32,114 nucleotides of DNA from a bacterium (GCA_018814465.1 JAHIZR010000060.1:1-32114); one strand, 5' to 3'. Counted from the stretch's first letter, positions 9,864-19,638 are shown. Numbers and translations: made by a program. Notes: a model not told the origin generated them from the sequence alone.

Positions 9864-11372
9864 ATGATGGATACACGCACGGCTTACGAAGCACTGATAA
9901 AGGAATATAAAGCGGTCTCGACGCTCGGATCGATCGAGGGTTTACTGCATTGGGATCTGCAGACGATGATGCCGCGGAAGGGAGCGGTGATTCGCGCGGA
10001 TCAGATGGCGATTATTTCGGGTTTGGCGCACCAGAAGCTGACTTCTGACAAGGTGCGGGATCTGCTGGGGACGCTGAACACCGCGGAGAATACGCTTAGT
10101 GACGAAGAACGCGCGAATCTGCGCGAGATCGACCGGGATTTCACGCGCGCAACGAAACTGCCGCAGGAGCTGGTGGAGGAGCTGACTCGTCAACGGTCGA
10201 AGTGCCACAATGTCTGGGAAGCGGCGCGCGAAGCCGGAGACTTCTCAAAATTTGCCCCGGATCTGGAGAAACTCGTTGACTTGACCAAGCAGCAAGCGGA
10301 GTGTCTCGGATATGAGGATACGCCGCTGGATGCGCTGATCGATGAGTATGAACCGGGAGCGACGGCGGCGTCGCTAACGACGATGTTCAATGAAGCAAAA
10401 AAGACGACGATTCCGCTGCTGAATAAAATTCTGGGATCTGCGGTTAAAGCCAATTTCGATTTTCAGAAGCAAACCTTTCCGCAACCAAAGCAGAAGGCTT
10501 TCGGGGAAGAGATCACAACGGTGATCGGATTTGACAAGTTGGGTAGCCGGCTTGATTCAGCCGTGCATCCGTTCTGCTCGGGAGGCCGGGGCGATATTCG
10601 AATCACAGCGCGCTATAACGAGCATGCTCCGCAGCAGGCGATTTTCGGGATTATTCATGAAACCGGACATGGTTTGTATGAGCAGGGAGTGAGGGAGGAT
10701 ACGCTGGGGACGCCATTGTCACAGCCGCTGAGTTATGGACTGCATGAATCGCAGAGCCGAATGTGGGAGAATATCATCGGCCGCAGTCTGCCGTTTTGGA
10801 AATTAAGCTATCCGATTCTGACGAAGTATTTCGGGGCAGAGTTAAAGGGCGTCAGCGTTGAAGACTGGGTGCTGGCGATCAACCATGTCGAGCAGAGTTT
10901 TGTGCGGGTCGAGGCCGACGAACTTACTTATGATTTGCATATCATTCTGCGGTTCGAGATCGAACGTGAGCTGTTTGCCGGAACGATTTCGGTGGCGGAT
11001 TTGCCGACGGTGTGGAACAAGAAATTCGAGGACTACTTGGGCTTGACTCCTCCGAATAACGGCAAAGAGGGTGTGATGCAGGATATTCATTGGGCGATGG
11101 GAAGCTTCGGATACTTTCCGTCCTATAGTGTGGGAAACATCGCGGCGGCGCAGTTCTGGGCGAAGATGAAGGAAGATATGCCGAAGCTGGAACAGCAGAT
11201 AGAAACAGGCGACTTCAAGGATATTCTGAATTGGCTTATCGTGAACGTACATGAACAGGGCCGCCGCTATTCACGCGATGACCTGATGAAGCGCGCGACG
11301 GGGACTCCGCTGGATGTCAAGCACTATGCGAACTATTTGACGGAGAAGTTCACGAAGCTGTATCGGGTGTAA
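9864..11372 (+). CDS. Carboxypeptidase M32 (carboxypeptidase Taq family)
   Basis: 502 aa; HPF, DIRIT, HETGH (HEXXH), HESQ, RVEADE, QDIHW, GYFPSY motifs. Confidence 0.95.
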   Translation: MMDTRTAYEALIKEYKAVSTLGSIEGLLHWDLQTMMPRKGAVIRADQMAIISGLAHQKLTSDKVRDLLGTLNTAENTLSDEERANLREIDRDFTRATKLPQELVEELTRQRSKCHNVWEAAREAGDFSKFAPDLEKLVDLTKQQAECLGYEDTPLDALIDEYEPGATAASLTTMFNEAKKTTIPLLNKILGSAVKANFDFQKQTFPQPKQKAFGEEITTVIGFDKLGSRLDSAVHPFCSGGRGDIRITARYNEHAPQQAIFGIIHETGHGLYEQGVREDTLGTPLSQPLSYGLHESQSRMWENIIGRSLPFWKLSYPILTKYFGAELKGVSVEDWVLAINHVEQSFVRVEADELTYDLHIILRFEIERELFAGTISVADLPTVWNKKFEDYLGLTPPNNGKEGVMQDIHWAMGSFGYFPSYSVGNIAAAQFWAKMKEDMPKLEQQIETGDFKDILNWLIVNVHEQGRRYSRDDLMKRATGTPLDVKHYANYLTEKFTKLYRV

Positions 11373-11373
11373 G

Positions 11374-11408
11374 GATGAAGGCGGAAGGATGAAGGATGAA
11401 GCCTGAAG
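11374..11408 (+). repeat. Heptamer tandem repeat (GATGAAG-like x5)
   Basis: gatgaag gcggaag gatgaag gatgaag cctgaag directly after the stop codon. Confidence 0.75.
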
Positions 11409-11410
11409 AA

Positions 11411-11485
11411 GATTCCGGCAGGGTTGCGCTGAAAATATGTTGTGCCTGCAAGAAAAAGGAATTGGCTGCTTAACCCTGCTCGGCG
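11411..11485 (+). repeat. Long hairpin repeat
   Basis: gattccggcagggttgcgc...gctgcttaaccctgctcggcg. Confidence 0.9.
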
Positions 11486-11495
11486 GGAAGGATAG

Positions 11496-11566
11496 AATTC
11501 CGGCCGGGTTGCGCACCATTACAGATTTGTTTGCTGAACATTCTCTGTGCTTAGCCCGGCTCGGCG
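11496..11566 (+). repeat. Long hairpin repeat, tandem with the previous copy
   Basis: aattccggccgggttgcgcac-N29-tgtgcttagcccggctcggcg. Confidence 0.9.
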
Positions 11567-11590
11567 GAGATGGTTTTTTGAAGGTGGATA

Positions 11591-11851
11591 ATGGCACTCT
11601 ATTTTGTTATCGGTGTATTAGTCGTGGCTGCTGTGATTGGGTGGTTGGCGAACGTGTCAACGCATAATCGGTATCTTGAAGCTGCTCATCTGGGCTTTCC
11701 GCTAATCGTTATTGTGATTTGCTTTCGGTTATTCTTGCAGGGATATCCTTACTATGCAGTCGGGCTCTTCGTTTTTTACGGTGTCATCTTTTCCATATCA
11801 GTAGTACTGCGAGCAAAAAGGCGAAGAGCATATAACCGTACGTGGAAATAA
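11591..11851 (+). CDS. Small hypothetical membrane protein (about 3 TM helices)
   Basis: 86 aa; RBS aaggtgga; three hydrophobic stretches and a basic tail RAKRRR. Confidence 0.65.
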   Translation: MALYFVIGVLVVAAVIGWLANVSTHNRYLEAAHLGFPLIVIVICFRLFLQGYPYYAVGLFVFYGVIFSISVVLRAKRRRAYNRTWK

Positions 11852-11869
11852 AAAAGAGGTGGGAATTAT

Positions 11870-11904
11870 GAAACCTGAAACTCGAAACGAGAAACTTGAA
11901 AGGA
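11870..11904 (+). repeat. Heptamer tandem repeat (GAAACNN-like x5)
   Basis: gaaacct gaaactc gaaacga gaaactt gaaagga. Confidence 0.7.
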
Positions 11905-11929
11905 TACATCCGATAGATGTATTTCTCCA

Positions 11930-11963
11930 GATTCCGGGCACCCGGGGACGGGCGCCTCGGCGG
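11930..11963 (+). repeat. Short hairpin variant
   Basis: gattccgggcacccg-ggga-cgggcgcctcggcgg; identical 34-mer at 24579. Confidence 0.9.
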
Positions 11964-11971
11964 AACATTAT

Positions 11972-12043
11972 GTTCCGGGTAAGGTTGCGCATCTAAAAAT
12001 GATACGATAACCGAGCGATTTCTGCGCTTAGCTCGGCTCGGCG
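11972..12043 (+). repeat. Long hairpin repeat with a decayed left arm
   Basis: gttccgggtaaggttgcgcat-N30-tgcgcttagctcggctcggcg. Confidence 0.85.
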
Positions 12044-12050
12044 AGAAGGG

Positions 12051-12076
12051 AACCCACACCCCGGAGGGTGTGGGTT
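12051..12076. repeat. Perfect 11-bp hairpin between convergent genes (REP-like or terminator)
   Basis: aacccacaccc-cgga-gggtgtgggtt; no clear U-tract. Confidence 0.6.
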
Positions 12077-12098
12077 AGTATGGATGAAGGGGAATGTG

Positions 12099-13364
12099 CT
12101 ATTTGATGTTGAAGTCGGGATTGTCTTGATTAAAGATTTTTTCATTGAGCTCGCCTTCGGACTTGGCGATCACGACAGCGGCGGCGGAATCCCCCGTAAT
12201 ATTGACGGCAGTCCGCATCATATCAAGCAAGCGATCCACGCCGATAATGAGCGCGATACCCTCGACGGGAAGGTTAACGGAGATGAGCACCATTGACAGG
12301 GTGATCAGACCGACACCGGGTACTCCGGCGGCGCCGATGGAGGCGAGCGACGCGGTTAAGACTACTGTGACCAGATCGGGGATCGTCAGGCTGATATTAT
12401 AGACTTGAGCGATGAAGGCCGCCGCGACTCCCTGCATGATCGCCGTGCCATCCATGTTGATGGTTGCGCCGAGCGGCAGAGCAAAACTGGCGATGCCGCT
12501 GGAGACACCGTTTCGAGTTTCATTGACTTCCATCGTGACCGGGAGTGTGGCATTGGATGAAGAGGTCGAGAAGGCGACGGTCATCGCGGGAAACATGTTC
12601 TTGTAAAACTGCACGGGAGAGACACGGCCGATTACTGTGAGTAGCGCGGGATAGACAAGAGCAAGCTGCAACAAAAGCGCGGCAATCAGCGTCAAAACAT
12701 AACTAAGCAAGGGCAGGAGCACATCGAGTCCCTGCTCGATAAAAACCTTCGAAATAAGCGCGAACACACCGGGAACAGCCAGCCAGAGAACGATTTCCAC
12801 TACGCGCATCATCATGTCATTCAGTACTTCCAGGATGCGCATCACCGGCTCACTCTTCTTTCCTATCTGAGCCAGTGCAATCCCCACGATCAGTGCGAAA
12901 AAGATAATCTGCAGCATGGAGCCTTCGACCATGGACTGAAAGGGATTCTTGGGAATCATGTCCACGAATACATCCATGATGAAGGGAGCTTCCTTTGGAG
13001 TGAAGGAGGCATCTGTCGGGATCGTTATAGACTCTCCCGGGCGCACAATACCGGCGGCGAGTGTGAGTGCGATAGTCACCGCGATCGCTGTTGTAACCAT
13101 ATAGAGAACAACGACTTTTATACCAACCCTACCCAATTTCTTAGGATCGCCGACGGAAGCAGCTCCATAAGTGAGGGAGATCAGGACAATGGGCACAACC
13201 AGCATCGTAATCGCACGGAGAAAGATGCTGCCGATGGGCTGGAAAAGCCACTTAACCAGACCGTCATTGAATTCGGCTGAAAAAGCGTTGTGGGCCACGA
13301 TGCCGAAAATCAAGCCGGCGCCCAATGCGATTAATATCCAGGATGTAAGAGATAATTTTTTCAT
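12099..13364 (-). CDS. Dicarboxylate/amino acid:cation symporter (DAACS, GltP/GltPh-like)
   Basis: FSTSSSNATLP, GATINMDGTA, GAAGVPG and DRLLDMMRTAVN motifs; likely start MKKLSL at 13364. Confidence 0.93.
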   Translation of the reverse strand: MKKLSLTSWILIALGAGLIFGIVAHNAFSAEFNDGLVKWLFQPIGSIFLRAITMLVVPIVLISLTYGAASVGDPKKLGRVGIKVVVLYMVTTAIAVTIALTLAAGIVRPGESITIPTDASFTPKEAPFIMDVFVDMIPKNPFQSMVEGSMLQIIFFALIVGIALAQIGKKSEPVMRILEVLNDMMMRVVEIVLWLAVPGVFALISKVFIEQGLDVLLPLLSYVLTLIAALLLQLALVYPALLTVIGRVSPVQFYKNMFPAMTVAFSTSSSNATLPVTMEVNETRNGVSSGIASFALPLGATINMDGTAIMQGVAAAFIAQVYNISLTIPDLVTVVLTASLASIGAAGVPGVGLITLSMVLISVNLPVEGIALIIGVDRLLDMMRTAVNITGDSAAAVVIAKSEGELNEKIFNQDNPDFNIK

Positions 13365-13401
13365 GGAGCCGCTACTCAAGTATTGTAAATCACAACAGCA
13401 G

Positions 13402-13435
13402 AATTCCGGGCGCCCGAAGACGGGCGGCCCGGCGG
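13402..13435 (+). repeat. Short hairpin variant
   Basis: aattccgggcgcccg-aaga-cgggcggcccggcgg between divergent genes. Confidence 0.75.
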
Positions 13436-13521
13436 ATTCCAATAGACAGGTTCTAAGTTAGAGAACCGAATCATGAATCGCAACAGGAAAGCAGCATAGA
13501 ATTAACTTCAATCGGAGAAAA

Positions 13522-15828
13522 TTGATTTTGAATGCCAACTCGAAGCAGAGGCGCTCGATTCCGGACTCAGCTCGCGCCAACATCCTGAGTTCGATATGCG
13601 TACTATTGGCGCTTCTTCTGGGCGGAGTTTGCCCGAACTCCGCAATGGCGCATGTAACAATTTCCGGCAAAATCCATGATCTGGAGACCGGAGAATCCAT
13701 CCCCGGCGTGGCCGTGATGGTCAAGGGTACGACCCGCGGCGATGCCGCTAATGTGGAGGGATTTTTCTCGATTCCGAATCTGGAGGCCGGCGCAAATACG
13801 CTGATCTTCTCGGCGTTGGGATACGAGCGGAAGGAAATGATGATTGAGCTCGCGGATGGCGAGAGCATTAATATTCTGACCGATATGAAGCCTATGGCAT
13901 TGAAGATGGGCGAGGTCGAGATCGTCACGGAATACGAAAACGAGGATCCGAAGTTTGCTCCCGAGGTCGCGCGAATCCGGGTTTCAGCCAAACAACTAAG
14001 CAAAGTTCCGCAAGTTGCCGAGGCTGATCTGTTTCGCGCGCTGCAAATCATGCCGGGCGTGCTGCCTTCATCCGACTTTTCGGCGGACCTGAATATTTGG
14101 GGCGGCTCGGCGGATCAGAACCTGATTCTATTAAACGGCATCAATGTTTATAAGCCCTCTCACTTGGGCGGATTCTTCTCCATCTTTAATATGGACGCCA
14201 TTAAGGATGTCAAGCTGATCAAGGGAGGTTTCGGAGCAAAATACGGCGGCAGATTATCGGCTGTGGTGGATATCTCCGACCGGGAAGGCAACCGCAACGA
14301 AACACATGGAAAGGTTGGCGTTTCCTTCTTATCTTCGCAGGCAATGTTTGAAGGACCGCTGCCAAAAGGATCATGGATGGTGGCGGGGCGGCGCACCTAT
14401 GTCGATGGCGCGACGAAGCTGCTCAAGGACTGGAAAGTAGTTAGCGACGATTTCCCCTATTATTTTTATGATTTCAATGCGAAAGTTACTCGAGATTTTG
14501 AAAACGGAGATCGCCTGACGCCTTCGGTGTATTATGGAGATGATATCTTTAAGATTACTTCATCCTCGAATGACCGTATTCGGTTGAACTGGGGCAATCG
14601 TACCTATAGTCTGCCCTATGTGCATATTTTCTCGCCGAAGCTTTATTCGAGACACACGCTTGCGGGGAGCCATTTTAATGCCCGTCAGCGCTTTGAAACG
14701 ACAGATGCCTGGTTCGAGTGGGAAAACGAAATGCGGGATTTCACGGCCAAGAGTGAATTCACTTGGTATCCTAATGCGCGGAATACAATTGAATTCGGCG
14801 CGCAGAGCAAGTATATTGATGCCAGTTTATTGGTCCAGGATCAGAATCGCGTGTACTTAGACGCAAATCCTGACGGCAATCTGGCTTCTGTATACGTTTC
14901 CGACAACTATCGGGTAACTGAAAAGTTTACGGTCACTCCCGGTTTGCGATATGAATATTTCTCACTGTCCGATCAGCACGAGCCGCAGCCGCGACTGGGC
15001 TGGCGATATGATTTGAATGATCATTCGACGCTCAGCGCCGCTTGGGGAATGTATACTCAATATCAGCAATTGGTTTCTTTCGGCAGCGGGTTTGTTTCGA
15101 TTTTCGATTCCTATGTTCCATTGGATGAATCGTTTGAACCGAACCGAGGATATCAATATGCGCTGTCTTATGTAAACGAGCGAATCGGACCTTTCCGATT
15201 TACCTGGGACATCTATTATAAGAAGTTCCGGAACGTGATTGAGTTTGAGATTCGGCAGGAAGATGACGGTGACTCCGAACTGAACGACATGTTCATGACG
15301 GGTGACGGCTATGCGTATGGCATCGATGCGCTGCTCGAAGGAACTTGGGGAAGCTACGACGTCTTCATTGGTTATGCGCTTGGGCAGAGCCGGAGGTCAT
15401 TCAGTAAAATCGACAGCGGGCTGGTTTACCCAACACATTTTGACAAGCTGCATAACTCGAATGTTACTTTAAGCCGGAAGATTCGCAAGCGGGCGAAGTT
15501 AGAGGTTCGCTGTTCCTACAGCTCCGGCAAGCCGCAGGATCGTCCGGTGGCGGCTTACAGTCCCGGTTTGGACTTGCCCGGGCACTTCTTCGAACGCGGC
15601 CGGAAGAACGCCTATCGCGTTCCCGATTATTTCAGATTAGATGTGGCCTATCGTCTGCGATATGACTTCAAGCGGTGGAGCTTCTCGCCGTATATCGAGT
15701 TCATCAATCTAACCGGCAGGAAGAACCGGCTGGCAGAACAGATCAGTGTAGAGACCAATCCTCCCACAACGGATTGGATAAACCAGCTTCCATTCATCCC
15801 CTCGATCGGCTTCACGGCGGAGTTTTAA
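13522..15828 (+). CDS. TonB-dependent receptor with N-terminal CarboxypepD_reg-like domain
   Basis: TISGKIHDLETGESIPGVAV, plug region with GGFGAKYGGRLSAVVDI, C-terminal Phe; TTG start uncertain. Confidence 0.9.
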   Translation: MILNANSKQRRSIPDSARANILSSICVLLALLLGGVCPNSAMAHVTISGKIHDLETGESIPGVAVMVKGTTRGDAANVEGFFSIPNLEAGANTLIFSALGYERKEMMIELADGESINILTDMKPMALKMGEVEIVTEYENEDPKFAPEVARIRVSAKQLSKVPQVAEADLFRALQIMPGVLPSSDFSADLNIWGGSADQNLILLNGINVYKPSHLGGFFSIFNMDAIKDVKLIKGGFGAKYGGRLSAVVDISDREGNRNETHGKVGVSFLSSQAMFEGPLPKGSWMVAGRRTYVDGATKLLKDWKVVSDDFPYYFYDFNAKVTRDFENGDRLTPSVYYGDDIFKITSSSNDRIRLNWGNRTYSLPYVHIFSPKLYSRHTLAGSHFNARQRFETTDAWFEWENEMRDFTAKSEFTWYPNARNTIEFGAQSKYIDASLLVQDQNRVYLDANPDGNLASVYVSDNYRVTEKFTVTPGLRYEYFSLSDQHEPQPRLGWRYDLNDHSTLSAAWGMYTQYQQLVSFGSGFVSIFDSYVPLDESFEPNRGYQYALSYVNERIGPFRFTWDIYYKKFRNVIEFEIRQEDDGDSELNDMFMTGDGYAYGIDALLEGTWGSYDVFIGYALGQSRRSFSKIDSGLVYPTHFDKLHNSNVTLSRKIRKRAKLEVRCSYSSGKPQDRPVAAYSPGLDLPGHFFERGRKNAYRVPDYFRLDVAYRLRYDFKRWSFSPYIEFINLTGRKNRLAEQISVETNPPTTDWINQLPFIPSIGFTAEF

Positions 15829-15830
15829 TC

Positions 15831-16673
15831 ATGAAAAAAATATACATTGCCTCAATCTTATCAACTCTCTTGGCGCTCAGCTTCACGTCATGCGACAGCG
15901 AACCGGAAGAGAATTTTGTCGAGAAAATTGTTGTTCAGGGAACCATGTATACAGGTCTACCGATGCAGGTTGATCTGGCAAAGTCCCTCTATTGGAATCT
16001 GTACTATGATCAGGATGCGCAAAGACTGACGGGAGCGATTGTGCGCATGATCGTTGATGACGGGACAGAGTACGAACTGACGGAAGAAAATTCCGGCATT
16101 CCCGGAACCTATAAGGCGGCAGCCGACGCGCCGATGGTCGAACAAGGGAGCAAATACGATCTTTATGCAGAGCATGACGGTCGCGTTGTTACTGCCACGA
16201 CCACGGCTGTTGCCGAGTTCAGTTTCGACTGGATTAGTCTGCCGCGAAACGATCCGAACAATCCGGATACATTGATGTTCGGAGTGGATTCACTGGGACT
16301 TGCTGTGCTCTGGACAGACAATCCGGTGAACTTCGGCTACGCGTTTCTGTTTGAGAATCTGGAACCGGATTGGTTTGAGGATTATCGCCAGGCCAGCGAT
16401 AATTTAGGCAAGGCGGAGTCGCCGCTTTCGGCGTGGGTTGTGCAGGATCGCGAGGACTTGCTGATTCCCTGGGTGGCGCTGCTCATTACAGGCAACTACC
16501 GCTTTCGGATGTATTCCTGTGATCCGGCGCTTTGGAATTATTTTGGAACGGTGGCGGTTAACAGCGCAGACAATGAGCCTGTGTCGAATGTCGAAGGCGG
16601 CTTAGGTGTTTTCTGTGCTGTGGGCGCAGATACGGCTTATTTTTATTTGGACAGCCAACTGGGGCCGCAGTGA
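15831..16673 (+). CDS. Lipoprotein partner of the TonB receptor (DUF4249-like)
   Basis: ATG 2 nt after the receptor stop; MKK plus hydrophobic stretch plus FTSC lipobox; C-terminal SNVEGGLGVF motif. Confidence 0.8.
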   Translation: MKKIYIASILSTLLALSFTSCDSEPEENFVEKIVVQGTMYTGLPMQVDLAKSLYWNLYYDQDAQRLTGAIVRMIVDDGTEYELTEENSGIPGTYKAAADAPMVEQGSKYDLYAEHDGRVVTATTTAVAEFSFDWISLPRNDPNNPDTLMFGVDSLGLAVLWTDNPVNFGYAFLFENLEPDWFEDYRQASDNLGKAESPLSAWVVQDREDLLIPWVALLITGNYRFRMYSCDPALWNYFGTVAVNSADNEPVSNVEGGLGVFCAVGADTAYFYLDSQLGPQ

Positions 16674-16694
16674 AGGAGAAAGGAGAAAGGATAA

Positions 16695-17246
16695 ATGAAT
16701 AGAGAAGAAGCCTGGGCATTGCTCTGTGAATGGACAGAGAACGATGCCTTAAGAAAACATGCGTTGGCCGTCGAAGCGGCGATGCGCTTCTATGCCCAGA
16801 AGTTCGGCGAGGATCCTGATGAGTGGGGAATCGTCGGACTGCTGCATGATTTCGACTATGAAAAGTATCCGACGATGGAAGAGCATCCCTATAAGGGCGT
16901 CGAGCATCTAAGATCGATCGGTGTGCCGGAAAGCTGGTGCGAAGCGATTTTAGCGCATGCTCCTTATACCGGACAGAAGGCGGAGTCGACTATGGCGAAA
17001 TCACTTCTGGCGAGCGATGAGCTTACGGGATTGATCGTGGCGACAACCTTAGTACAGCCCTCCAAGAAAATCGCCGATTTGAAGCCGAAGTCCGTGAAGA
17101 AGCGCATGAAGGAAAAAGCATTCGCCAAGAAAGTCAACAGGGAAGATATCATTCAAGGGGCGGAGATGCTGGGCATCCCGCTGGAAGAACATATCGAAAA
17201 TGTCGTGAATGCCATGCGCGATTCCGCCGAGGCGCTGGGATTGTAG
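16695..17246 (+). CDS. HD/HDIG-domain metal-dependent phosphohydrolase
   Basis: LRKHALAVE, GLLHDFDYE, AILAH, SDELTG; strong RBS. Confidence 0.9.
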   Translation: MNREEAWALLCEWTENDALRKHALAVEAAMRFYAQKFGEDPDEWGIVGLLHDFDYEKYPTMEEHPYKGVEHLRSIGVPESWCEAILAHAPYTGQKAESTMAKSLLASDELTGLIVATTLVQPSKKIADLKPKSVKKRMKEKAFAKKVNREDIIQGAEMLGIPLEEHIENVVNAMRDSAEALGL

Positions 17247-17271
17247 CAGCAGCTTTCAATCGAACGTAATG

Positions 17272-17302
17272 CCGGGTGGAAGATCAATTCCACCCGGTTT
17301 TT
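17272..17302 (+). terminator. Intrinsic terminator
   Basis: ccgggtggaa-gatcaa-ttccacccgg followed by ttttt. Confidence 0.85.
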
Positions 17303-17316
17303 GTTGGAAAAGCGCA

Positions 17317-17345
17317 TTGACTTCAAAACCGAAATTTTCTATATT
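17317..17345 (+). promoter_or_regulatory. Sigma70-type promoter
   Basis: TTGACT-N17-TATATT. Confidence 0.7.
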
Positions 17346-17378
17346 AGGATTATCCAATCTTATAAAGCGGGTATAGAA

Positions 17379-19511
17379 ATGAGAAAGATGTTGTCGATTA
17401 CAGTCGTGATGTGCATGTTCATCGGCGCGGCTATCGCACAAGACAGCTTGAACGTGCGTCAGATGAGCAGGCTTGAGGATTATTGGGATGCAACGCAAGC
17501 ACTCGAAATCGTCGACACTCTGGCCTTCGTGGCAACCGGCCGGACGGGATTACGGATCGTCAGCTTTGCGGACACAGCGAATCCGATAGAGGCAGGTTAT
17601 ATTCTTTTTCCGACAAGTGTCGTCGATGTAGCGGTGAGGGGCAATTATGCATTTGTAGCCAACTATCGATTTACAGTTGTTGATATATCGAATCCAGCCT
17701 CACCGACCGAAATAGGAAGCCTGCAGTCCGTATCAGCGGAAAATATCTGCCTGTCCGGTGACTACGCATATGTCTCTGATAACTGGGGCGGTCTGAATAT
17801 TCTTGATATTGCCGATCCCGCTAATCCATCGTTAGCAGGTTCCTTAAACCTTCCGGATGATGCAATGGATTTTGATGTGGCGGGAAGTCTGTTGTATTCA
17901 GCAACCTCGGATGCAGGACTGTTAATTATCGACATAAGCGATCCGGCTAATCCGGAACAAATCGGCGCTTTCGATACTCCCGGTTCGGCGATGGGGGTTA
18001 CTGTGGAAGGCAATTACGCTTTTATCGCTGACTATAATGAAGGTCTTCGGATTATTAGCATCTCTAATCCATCCAATCCACAGGAGGTGGGTTATATCGA
18101 TGACATCGGCAGTGCAAACGATGTAGCGGTATCTGGAGCGTATGTATATGTTGCCGACCGCAACTGGCAGAGTGGCCTTTATATTATTGACATCACGAAT
18201 CCCGCGGCACCGGAAGAAGCTGCCTTGCTTGAGCTGCAGGACTTCACACTCAGCCTGGAAGCTGCCGGCAATACTGTTTTTATCGCCGAGGAGTTTTCCG
18301 GCTTGCGGATTATCGATGTGTTCTCACCATCAACTCCTGCGGAAGCAGGCTGCTTCTGGGGAAAGGGACGTGCCAATGCAGTCGCAGTCTCAGGCGATTT
18401 TGTGTATTTGGGAGGAGGGAGCGAGTTGCGAATTATCAGTATTGCCGATCCCGAGGCTCCGCTGGAAATCGGAAACTGTGAAACGCCGGGTGCAATTGGC
18501 GGGATTGCCGTATCGGGGAATTTTGCCTATGTTGCAGACAACAGGGAAGGACTGCGAGTGATCGATATCTCAAATCCGGCGCTTCCATCTGAGATCAGTT
18601 TTTCTTCGGCGGGGAACGAAGCAAATGATGTAGCGGTGCAAGGCAATTATGCCTACGTTGCTGATGAGGAAAGAGGTCTAATAGTGATAGATATTACCGA
18701 TCCTCATGCGCCGATAGAAGCAGCTTGTATCGGAACGCCCAATATTACGCAGGATGTTGCGGTATCAGGAAATTATGCATATCTCGCGGACGGTCTGGGA
18801 GGGCTTCGCATAATCGACATGACAAATCCATCCAGTCCCTTCGAAGCAGGCGCTTTCGAAGACATCCATAATGCGTGTGGTGTGGCGGCATGCGGCAACT
18901 ATGCATATGTGGCGGATCGAGGTCTGACGAGCGGTCTTTGGATTATTGATGTGACGAATCCCGCGACTCCCTTCGAGACCGGACGATATCAGACTTCCGG
19001 GCATGGCAACGACGTTGCAGTACTCGGCCACTATGCCTATATCGCTGATGATGATGAAGGTTTGAGAGTTATTGACATTTCTGATCCAACAGCTCCTTTT
19101 GAATCCGGCTATTACGATACTCGAGGAACGTCCATGGATTTAGCCGTAGCGGGCGACTATGCGTATGTAGCGGATTATATCTATTTCGGAATCTACGATT
19201 GTTCGGAGGCTTTAGTCGAATCAGGCAGCAACGAAATCCCGAGCCCCAACTCCGTAAGGCTTTATCAGAGTTATCCGAATCCATTTAATCCGACAACGAC
19301 AATTCGTTTTGACCTAACGATGACAAGCGAGGTGTCGCTGGAGGTCTATAACATAGCAGGGCAAAGAGTGGAGACTCTTGCCGAAAGTCCGATGCTGCCG
19401 GGAACACATGTGTTTGAGTTTGATGGGTCACAAGTTTCTTCAGGGACGTATTATTATACTCTGCGAACAGGCGCGTTTCTGGAGACGAAACAAATGGTGC
19501 TGATTAAATGA
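17379..19511 (+). CDS. LVIVD-repeat beta-propeller protein with T9SS type A-like C-terminal sorting domain
   Basis: Signal peptide MRKMLSITVV; 14 repeats of VAVSGNYAYVAD..GLRIIDISNP; SYPNPFNP...KQMVLIK. Confidence 0.9.
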   Translation: MRKMLSITVVMCMFIGAAIAQDSLNVRQMSRLEDYWDATQALEIVDTLAFVATGRTGLRIVSFADTANPIEAGYILFPTSVVDVAVRGNYAFVANYRFTVVDISNPASPTEIGSLQSVSAENICLSGDYAYVSDNWGGLNILDIADPANPSLAGSLNLPDDAMDFDVAGSLLYSATSDAGLLIIDISDPANPEQIGAFDTPGSAMGVTVEGNYAFIADYNEGLRIISISNPSNPQEVGYIDDIGSANDVAVSGAYVYVADRNWQSGLYIIDITNPAAPEEAALLELQDFTLSLEAAGNTVFIAEEFSGLRIIDVFSPSTPAEAGCFWGKGRANAVAVSGDFVYLGGGSELRIISIADPEAPLEIGNCETPGAIGGIAVSGNFAYVADNREGLRVIDISNPALPSEISFSSAGNEANDVAVQGNYAYVADEERGLIVIDITDPHAPIEAACIGTPNITQDVAVSGNYAYLADGLGGLRIIDMTNPSSPFEAGAFEDIHNACGVAACGNYAYVADRGLTSGLWIIDVTNPATPFETGRYQTSGHGNDVAVLGHYAYIADDDEGLRVIDISDPTAPFESGYYDTRGTSMDLAVAGDYAYVADYIYFGIYDCSEALVESGSNEIPSPNSVRLYQSYPNPFNPTTTIRFDLTMTSEVSLEVYNIAGQRVETLAESPMLPGTHVFEFDGSQVSSGTYYYTLRTGAFLETKQMVLIK

Positions 19512-19602
19512 GCACAGTGTAACCATTGTGCGCAGTATTATTTCATAATAGCGATTCTCTTCGCCTTTTTCGATTCCTCTACGGCGCGGAGGGCAATGAG
19601 AA

Positions 19603-19638
19603 AAAAGTCAAGCACTCAGGGATGGGTGCTTGACTTTT
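19603..19638. terminator. Bidirectional terminator-like hairpin
   Basis: aaaagtcaagcac...gtgcttgactttt. Confidence 0.7.

Noticed and set aside
11411-12043. Hairpins as integron attC sites
   Set aside because: attC reads RYYYAAC...GTTRRRY, whereas the order here is GGTT...AACC on either strand. They also flank housekeeping genes and there is no integrase.
11437-12059. Short ORFs running through the repeat cluster (11437+, 11784-, 11798-)
   Set aside because: They are translations of the hairpin and heptamer repeats
13365-13442. N-terminal extension of the DAACS ORF
   Set aside because: It runs through the short hairpin repeat; MKKLSL at 13364 is the family-like start
15675-15830. Long overlap of the lipoprotein ORF with the TonB receptor
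   Set aside because: The lipoprotein signal peptide begins at ATG 15831, right after the receptor stop
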